From: Candidatus Cloacimonadales bacterium
GTDB taxonomy: Bacteria > Cloacimonadota > Cloacimonadia > Cloacimonadales > JAFGVF01
Assembly (NCBI GenBank): GCA_963677495.2
Contig: CAXXOU010000002.1
Coordinates: 164,070-228,069 of the forward strand
DNA length: 64,000 nt
Reading direction: 5' to 3'
In this document: piece after piece, positions 57,701 through 64,000 of the stretch
How positions within the stretch are numbered: the stretch's first letter is position 1
How the letters are laid out: each line of letters starts with the position of its first letter
Position numbers and translations under genes: made by a program
Notes under the pieces: model-generated
The model's input: only the letters and a program-made list of their open reading frames with translations
Told to the model about the DNA's origin: nothing
The model's database searches: none

Positions 57701-57950
57701 GCAGGAAAGAATAATGTCCCGTATGTTGGATATCCAGAAGTCGATTAACAAGCGTGAATTCAGTCGAAAGCGTAAGGCTGAGAATTCAGAATTTGATGAC
57801 TGGGATACTCCTGAAGAGATAAAGCTGAAGTTTAAAGAACTACAAAACAAAGCGATGCTAAAGAAAGATTATAAAGAGTTTCCTCCTGAGTATAGAGAGC
57901 TCATAAAAGAATACTTAAAACTACTAAATGAGAAGCTTAATGAAGAATAG
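54708..57950 (+). CDS. Membrane-anchored long coiled-coil protein, E/K/Q-rich with an M/Q-rich low-complexity segment
   Basis: About 1080 aa with N-terminal TM helices. A ~450-residue E/K/Q heptad-like region is followed by MQMMQQMGQQQMAMNMLTQQLMQQLQQ. I prefer the ATG at 54708 (GAGGA SD). Confidence 0.6.
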   Translation: MHEFLEVIRKFRKRYNTLIGFRYSILALLSLLWAFLLFFILYGLVRAGGFPMFYFGLTLRITAALFLLYLFYAGKNKLLDDVKSARFLDRLNNDKTETYQNALELLNDKQDYDENILKLIFENANHKSQKQEEHKLDLLNPLQKQISIYGFIGATIILLVNLNFIPTAWSAFYTDKLIKEQHSKVIELSPGNAKLPRHSNLDVEILNPELGSDYKFMYRLDKEWRQVEMDQFRYRYNNLEHSIEYMVKSKYAVSDTFRVELIEKPGVKGLEVKYFYPEYTGQEPFVDSLSTGRIKAIENSKIKLTAEVISPLKQALMVFSSGDSKVMQASDSLNYTTTFTITENDSWHLNLGDYIGQETIDVEREIIILPDEKPSIEISYPVADTTLNQTMLQLLRIVASDDFGLQNLVVHFRIEDREVISRSVVKQIRGALWENDYVLDLTGLDLFPGNRVEYWLTIQDNKPSPQESESEHRFLRLPSIEEIYREIESTEREKKEDLEDVLQKSKEMTEEFEEARRELLKKEELEWDDKQQLEKFMEERKDIKQDVEKVADQYQDLIDKIQDNEALASETVEKMEKIQQLMQELDSTQMQEAMQKMQDAMENMDPDVLKKAMKDFKFSMDDFNEKLEMTIELLESIKKEQQLQKALDIAEQMEDLQKQIEEKTKDNSSDPQQLAEEQKKLQEQLENLKKELEKLQDMLGGEKDKELSEQLKELQEMKEMQELMHDMQESQEQLQQNNRQSAQDSQQSASQKLQKMRKMLQDMKSQMSSGGAGEMSEALGVCLRKILFFSDMHEQQVEIFGDDAFQILQAELAIFEGIGMAVNEMFKAPMLSMFITPKFFYDMNFLEQSYREMFKEISENRHHVVKNYLSDITKGINLIAYDLMLTQNSSSSSGGSGMESLMQMMQQMGQQQMAMNMLTQQLMQQLQQGNRGMSSEMRQQIQRLASEEQRLADNLKRALQNNPAAQQQTGAIQKLIEELEQIAKALKANRLNPDLLKKQERIMSRMLDIQKSINKREFSRKRKAENSEFDDWDTPEEIKLKFKELQNKAMLKKDYKEFPPEYRELIKEYLKLLNEKLNEE

Positions 57951-59667
57951 ATTAATAATAATAGTTATCATTGTCTTTTCCTGTTTCTTGCTCTACTCGC
58001 AAGAGTATGATGAAGTGAAAGTGTTAAAGCAACAAGCAACAAAGTACGTCAGATCAAAACAATTTAAAAAAGCTGAATCTATCTGGACAGAGCTTATTAA
58101 AAAGTATCCCAACAACTCAGAAGTAGTTAAAGGTGCTTTTAGCTTTTATTTATCACTGAACAAGCGTCTAGAAGCAAAAGAAATTTTGGATAAGTATGGC
58201 AAAGCTATGCCAATAAAAGAACTCTACAAGGCGCGAATTAACTATAACCTGATTGCCGGAAATTTCGATGAAGCAGGTAGAATCACTGACAAGATGCTCA
58301 CAGATTTCAAGTCAGATATGAACTTATACAGAGAGCTTTCTAGGTTGTTCTCAGCAAGAAAGCAGTTTGATAAAGCGATTGAGATTATTACGAAAGCCAG
58401 AAAAATGGCTAAAGATCCTAATCTGTATGCCTTAGAAATGGCAAATGCTTATCGTGAATCCAGGCAATTGCCTAAAGCAGTTGTAGAGTATATAAAACTA
58501 ACGAAGACAAACCCAAATTACTTCTATTCCTCGAAAAGATATCTCCTTCAGATGGTGAAAGAGGATATCGGTGTTATTGATTCAATGGAAGAAGAGCTAA
58601 GGGATGAAACGGATGTAAAGATACTTGAAATCTTTGCTACTGCTCTTATGCAAGTTGAGATGTATGAGAAAGCGTTAGATGTATATAAGAAACTAAATCC
58701 AACTCGATTACTCTATTTCGCTAATGACCAGTTCAGAAAAGGAAATGATAGAGTTGCTATTCTTGCATATTCGGAGCTCGATAACATGAAAATCGATGCC
58801 AATGTTGCAGCAGATGCAAAGGTGAAACGTGCTAAGAGTAACCTAAACCTTTTCAATCTCGAAGAAGCGGAAAGACTACTCTTAGAAATAACTCAAGATA
58901 AAGAACTGTCTTCTAATCGCTATAAGTTTAGAGGTCAGGCAAACCGTGAAGCCAGAGAGATACTTGCACTACTTGCACTATACAAGGGTCAAGGTAAAGA
59001 ACAGGTCTTATCTCATCTGGAAGATGCAAAGAGCTTTGCACTCAATGGTAAGAACCGAAATAAAGTGGAGCAGAAAATCATATATCACCAGATTCTTTTT
59101 GGTGACTTTGAAGATGCTAAGCAAAGGTTGAATACACTCTATAAAGCTGTAGAACAAGGTACAGATACTTTCAAAGAGAACTATTTCTACAGTTATCTGA
59201 TAGCTTTAAGCACGAAAGATCCTTTAGCTGACTCGCTACTAACAGAACTACTTGTTCTTACACCTCAGACGAACAATGTGAATGATGCTATATACTTGGC
59301 TGATATATCAGGTAAGCTTGCACCAAACGAGTTTGAAGTATTCATGCAAGCATGGCGTGAGAATGAATTAATGAGACCTGAAGTAGCTGTTAATACATAT
59401 CAATCTATCAACAAAGATAAGCCTAATGAGGAAGTGTTGCTCGCAATGGCTAAATGTTACCTGCGCTTCGGGCAGATAGAAGCCGCTAAAGAGATATATG
59501 AAAGAGACTTTGAAGATGAAGTTTTAGGGCAATATGCACTGCTTCAATTGATTAATCTAAGTAATGATGATCCAATGCTTAGGCAACAGATGATCGTCAA
59601 TTTCTTAAACAAGAACCCCAATAGTGCTTTTGCACCAGAATATAGACGAGTATTAAGTGAGAAATAA
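57928..59667 (+). CDS. TPR-repeat protein
   Basis: 579 aa with a signal/anchor and TPR-like repeats. Confidence 0.65.
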   Translation: MRSLMKNRLIIIVIIVFSCFLLYSQEYDEVKVLKQQATKYVRSKQFKKAESIWTELIKKYPNNSEVVKGAFSFYLSLNKRLEAKEILDKYGKAMPIKELYKARINYNLIAGNFDEAGRITDKMLTDFKSDMNLYRELSRLFSARKQFDKAIEIITKARKMAKDPNLYALEMANAYRESRQLPKAVVEYIKLTKTNPNYFYSSKRYLLQMVKEDIGVIDSMEEELRDETDVKILEIFATALMQVEMYEKALDVYKKLNPTRLLYFANDQFRKGNDRVAILAYSELDNMKIDANVAADAKVKRAKSNLNLFNLEEAERLLLEITQDKELSSNRYKFRGQANREAREILALLALYKGQGKEQVLSHLEDAKSFALNGKNRNKVEQKIIYHQILFGDFEDAKQRLNTLYKAVEQGTDTFKENYFYSYLIALSTKDPLADSLLTELLVLTPQTNNVNDAIYLADISGKLAPNEFEVFMQAWRENELMRPEVAVNTYQSINKDKPNEEVLLAMAKCYLRFGQIEAAKEIYERDFEDEVLGQYALLQLINLSNDDPMLRQQMIVNFLNKNPNSAFAPEYRRVLSEK

Positions 59668-60972
59668 ATGAAAGAGATAAATATCATTGGTGCCGGTTTA
59701 GCCGGTTCAGAACTGGCTCTGCAGTTCGCAGATGCAGGATGGAAAGTAAAGCTATATGAGATGAGACCGATTAAAACAACAGAAGCTCATGAGACAGATT
59801 TGTTTGCGGAAGTTGTGTGCTCTAACTCTTTCAAGTCTATGCTGTTTGATACAGCTTCCGGTTTACTTAAAGCTGAGATGCAGGAGTTAGGATGTAAACT
59901 CATTGATATTGCGAAAGAGACTTCTGTTCCTGCGGGTAATGCATTAGCAGTCGATAGAAATCTCTTTGCTCAAAAAGTAACTGATATTATCAATAATAAT
60001 CCGAACATAGAGGTTATTAATGAAGAGGTTAAAGAGTTACCATCAAATCTTACAGTTTTAGCAACCGGACCACTTACTTCAGATGCTTTAACCGATTCAC
60101 TTCTGAAAACTATCGGAGAGAATCATCTCTATTTCTTTGATGCCATTGCCCCGATTGTGAGTACTGATTCCTTGAATCGGGGAATTGTTTTCTCAAAAAC
60201 TCGCTATGATAAGGGTGAAGCTGATTACCTTAATTGTCCTTTTAGCAAAGAGGAATACTACAGATTTGTTGAAGCCTTGAATGAGGGAGAGAAGCATGTT
60301 GCTCATGAGTTTGAGAATAAGTTCTTTCAGAATATTAATTATCACTTCTATGAGAACTGTACTCCGATCGAAGAGTTGGCAAGAAGAGGAGTGGAAACAC
60401 TAAGATTTGGTGTCATGCGTCCGGTCGGATTAGAAGATCCGCGTACAGGGAGAAGACCCTACGCAGTGCTTCAATTAAGAGCTGAGAATAATAACTTCTC
60501 TGCATATAACCTTGTTGGTTGCCAGACAATGCTTAAGTATCCTGAACAGAAAAAGGTATTCAGACTAATCCCCGGACTTGAGAACGCAGAAATCCTTCGC
60601 TACGGCTCAATTCACAGAAATACATATCTCAATACCCCTGAGATTATTAACAACGATTTTTCGCTGAAGAATGCGCCAAATATCTATATTGCCGGACAGC
60701 TTGCCGGTGTGGAAGGCTATGTTGAATCAATTATGAGTGGTTTGATTGTAAGTAAAATACTTATCAATGATTTGAAACAACCACCTCTTACAACGATTAC
60801 AGGGGCCCTTTGGCAACACCAGATTACTCCTGTTAAAAACTTCCAACCCATGAATGCTAATTACGGAGTACTTCCTCCACTTGGAGAAAGGATCAGAGAT
60901 AAGAAGCTCAAGAAGAAGATGTATTCAGAAAGAGCTATCGCTGAGCTTAAAGACTTCCTAAAAGTTATATAA
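59668..60972 (+). CDS. trmFO: Methylenetetrahydrofolate--tRNA-(uracil54-C5)-methyltransferase TrmFO
   Basis: 434 aa with IIGAGLAGSE (FAD) at the N-terminus and the TrmFO/Gid-type motifs CSNSFKS, GQLAGVEGY and NANYG. Confidence 0.9.
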   Translation: MKEINIIGAGLAGSELALQFADAGWKVKLYEMRPIKTTEAHETDLFAEVVCSNSFKSMLFDTASGLLKAEMQELGCKLIDIAKETSVPAGNALAVDRNLFAQKVTDIINNNPNIEVINEEVKELPSNLTVLATGPLTSDALTDSLLKTIGENHLYFFDAIAPIVSTDSLNRGIVFSKTRYDKGEADYLNCPFSKEEYYRFVEALNEGEKHVAHEFENKFFQNINYHFYENCTPIEELARRGVETLRFGVMRPVGLEDPRTGRRPYAVLQLRAENNNFSAYNLVGCQTMLKYPEQKKVFRLIPGLENAEILRYGSIHRNTYLNTPEIINNDFSLKNAPNIYIAGQLAGVEGYVESIMSGLIVSKILINDLKQPPLTTITGALWQHQITPVKNFQPMNANYGVLPPLGERIRDKKLKKKMYSERAIAELKDFLKVI

Positions 60973-61088
60973 ACCTAGCTAGCATCAACTTGTTTACGAC
61001 TACGAGCGAATGATGGATTAACACTTTATACATGTAGTCGAACTCCCAATGGTAGTTTGGATTATAACAGTAGGTTAAAAAATGCATA

Positions 61089-61268
61089 CACAGTGTCTTT
61101 ACCAATAACTTAGCTACATTTTATGCCCTTTTTACTCGCTTTTATTGCACATTCCACCAACGCACTGTGTCTGCACTGTGCACGCACTGTGAAGGCACTG
61201 CCAACCCACTGTTTCACTGGGTGCACAGTGCGTGCACAGTGGGAAAACAGTGGGATGACTGCGTTTTG
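61089..61268 (+). repeat. Family-1 ~180-bp element, copy C
   Basis: CACTG occurs at 61163, 61174, 61185, 61196 and 61207 (11-bp steps) and at 61215. Inverted (C/A)ACAGTG occurs at 61224, 61235 and 61246 (11-bp steps). Confidence 0.85.
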
Positions 61269-61566
61269 ATAAGAAGTTTAATGAAAGTTTGCGATATCGC
61301 AAAAGAGGATGCTAGGATAAGACTTATTAAATGAGATTCGCTATTCTTTAGACTCCCATGGTAGTGTACATAGTATATCTTTGTGGTTTATAATTAAAAG
61401 ATTATAACTCATAGCTTTCTAAGACTTCCCAATTCCATTGTAAATATGTACTAATTCATCATTATCCAATGACAAGAAAAGTGAAAACTAAAACGTGGAA
61501 CAATAAAAATTAGCAGTCTCACTTTTTGTTTGACAAAAATATAAAGTCACATAAATTGTCATTATA

Positions 61567-61593
61567 TTAGCAACCGAAAGATTTGATTGCTGA
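61567..61593. promoter_or_regulatory. CIRCE-like inverted repeat (TTAGCAACC-N9-GATTGCTGA) between the promoter and the hrcA start
   Basis: Each arm matches the CIRCE consensus TTAGCACTC-N9-GAGTGCTAA at 7 of 9 positions, and the N9 spacing is kept. It lies downstream of TTGACA (61530) and just before the GGAG SD. Confidence 0.5.
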
Positions 61594-61601
61594 TTGGAGT
61601 A

Positions 61602-62654
61602 ATGATGAAAAAGAATATTAAAAGATTAGATGATACACTTAAAAGCTTGATTGATGAGTATGTTCTCAATAGAGAACCTGTTTCTTCCAGAGTGCTTTAT
61701 GAGAAGTATATGGGGCATGTTAGTCCTGCTACTTTGCGTATTGATTTGAACAAACTGGAGCAACAAAATTATATTCATCAGCCTCACACATCTGCCGGTA
61801 GAGTACCGACAATTAACGGTTATCGCAGGTATGTGGATTTAATTAGCAATGAAGTAACTGAGATGGAATATGAGAAAAAAGACATCTTGAGACAGTTGAT
61901 TATCCGCAACTATAAGGATACTCAATTAGCCCTTCATTACATTAAGCAGATTCTTGCTAACGAATCTGATCAGCTTAGCTTTGTTGCAGAACCTGAGGTG
62001 TCTAATGATTATCTTAGCGACCTGCAGGTTTTCCAGCTAAGTCCCAGAAAGCTAATCTTCGTCCTTAGTCTGGATTCAGGACTTGATAAGACAGTTATTC
62101 TGAACTGTGATTATGATGTGAACGAAGCGCAGCTTAAGAAGATGGTTAATTTCGTGCGTGAAGACCTTCTTGGTGAACGTATCTTTGATATATCTCATCG
62201 TTACTTGAACGAGATGAGTGAGATGGTGAAGAAATCTAACTTCCTGCTTGAACAGTTCTTACAGGAGTTGCATAAAGCATTTACCTCAATTACTGATTAC
62301 TATATCCAGTTTGATGGCAAGATCTCATTCTTAGAACAGCCTGAGTTTGATAAAAAGATGAATGTTATGAACTTCATGACGCTTGTGCAGAGACAGGATA
62401 TCCTGATTAAGATGATGAAAAACCACGATACAGGTGGAGATTACAACATTCTCATGGGTGAAGATTTTGGTGATGGATCATGGTATGACTTTGCGGTAAT
62501 CTATGCTAAATACGAAGTTTTTGATATTCCGGGTTACCTGGGAATAGTATGCCCTGTAAGGAACAACTTCCGTAAGAATATTTCAATGATTAGAGATTTT
62601 GCAAAAACAATTACCCAGACGACTAAACAGGGTATTGTTACAATAAATAATTAA
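61602..62654 (+). CDS. hrcA: Heat-inducible transcription repressor HrcA
   Basis: Contains ...SPATLRIDLNKLEQQNYIHQPHTSAGRVPTINGYRRYVD.... The gene order is hrcA-grpE-dnaK. I prefer the ATG at 61602 (after the GGAG) to the TTG at 61587. Confidence 0.85.
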   Translation: MMKKNIKRLDDTLKSLIDEYVLNREPVSSRVLYEKYMGHVSPATLRIDLNKLEQQNYIHQPHTSAGRVPTINGYRRYVDLISNEVTEMEYEKKDILRQLIIRNYKDTQLALHYIKQILANESDQLSFVAEPEVSNDYLSDLQVFQLSPRKLIFVLSLDSGLDKTVILNCDYDVNEAQLKKMVNFVREDLLGERIFDISHRYLNEMSEMVKKSNFLLEQFLQELHKAFTSITDYYIQFDGKISFLEQPEFDKKMNVMNFMTLVQRQDILIKMMKNHDTGGDYNILMGEDFGDGSWYDFAVIYAKYEVFDIPGYLGIVCPVRNNFRKNISMIRDFAKTITQTTKQGIVTINN

Positions 62655-62672
62655 ATGTGGAGAAGATAATTA

Positions 62673-64000
<1,328 letters not shown>

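Noticed and set aside
61163-61252. CACAGTG/CACTGTG heptamers are identical to the V(D)J recombination signal heptamer and to Transib/RAG-like transposon ends.
   Set aside because: A 7-mer identity is not meaningful by itself. There is no nonamer at a 12- or 23-bp spacing, and no RAG/Transib-like or other transposase gene in the window. I treat it as a coincidence.

Overview
This is an AT-rich bacterial chromosomal segment, roughly 35-40% GC by eye (not computed). The gene content looks like an anaerobe, and I do not assign a taxon.

Recognisable genes:
- HD hydrolase, SpoU/TrmH methyltransferase, MscS channel and Fe-alcohol dehydrogenase.
- A TM1266-type regulator with the [FeFe]-hydrogenase maturases hydG and hydE.
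- hflX (frameshifted) and an EamA transporter.
- A PHP phosphoesterase plus an Endonuclease-Q-like gene pair, a COG2509 FAD oxidoreductase and tRNA-Phe(GAA).
- A minus-strand operon led by a 1830-aa Ser/Thr-kinase/AAA/TPR/GAF/histidine-kinase fusion.
- Two further sensor kinases, purA, a DUF362 Fe-S protein, an FtsB-like protein and an orphan MalK-like ABC ATPase.
- A FapA / tricorn-like S41 peptidase / coiled-coil / TPR / trmFO gene string, then hrcA-grpE-dnaK.

The unusual content is non-coding:
- Seven large intergenic gaps total about 7.6 kb. They are built from a mosaic of repeated, hairpin-forming modules.
- The largest gap (18058-21055, about 3 kb) has no credible ORF.
- That gap holds an array of about 8 copies of a 194-bp tandem repeat. 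Each unit has a sigma70-like promoter and a multi-hairpin core.
- The sequence variants in that core keep pairing only on the plus strand as RNA. I propose it as a candidate multicopy structured-ncRNA array that I do not recognise.
- A diverged copy of the unit sits directly upstream of the PHP/EndoQ-like operon.

Other points:
- Two unrelated arrays consist of short motifs phased at exactly 11 bp, with direct repeats followed by inverted repeats: CACTG in a 180-bp element present 3 times, and ACCACG in a single 4+4 array.
- A dense cluster of frameshifts at 11.6-18 kb sits mostly at homopolymers, while ORFs of 3-5.5 kb elsewhere are intact.

All homology calls come from motif recognition by eye. 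No database search was possible.
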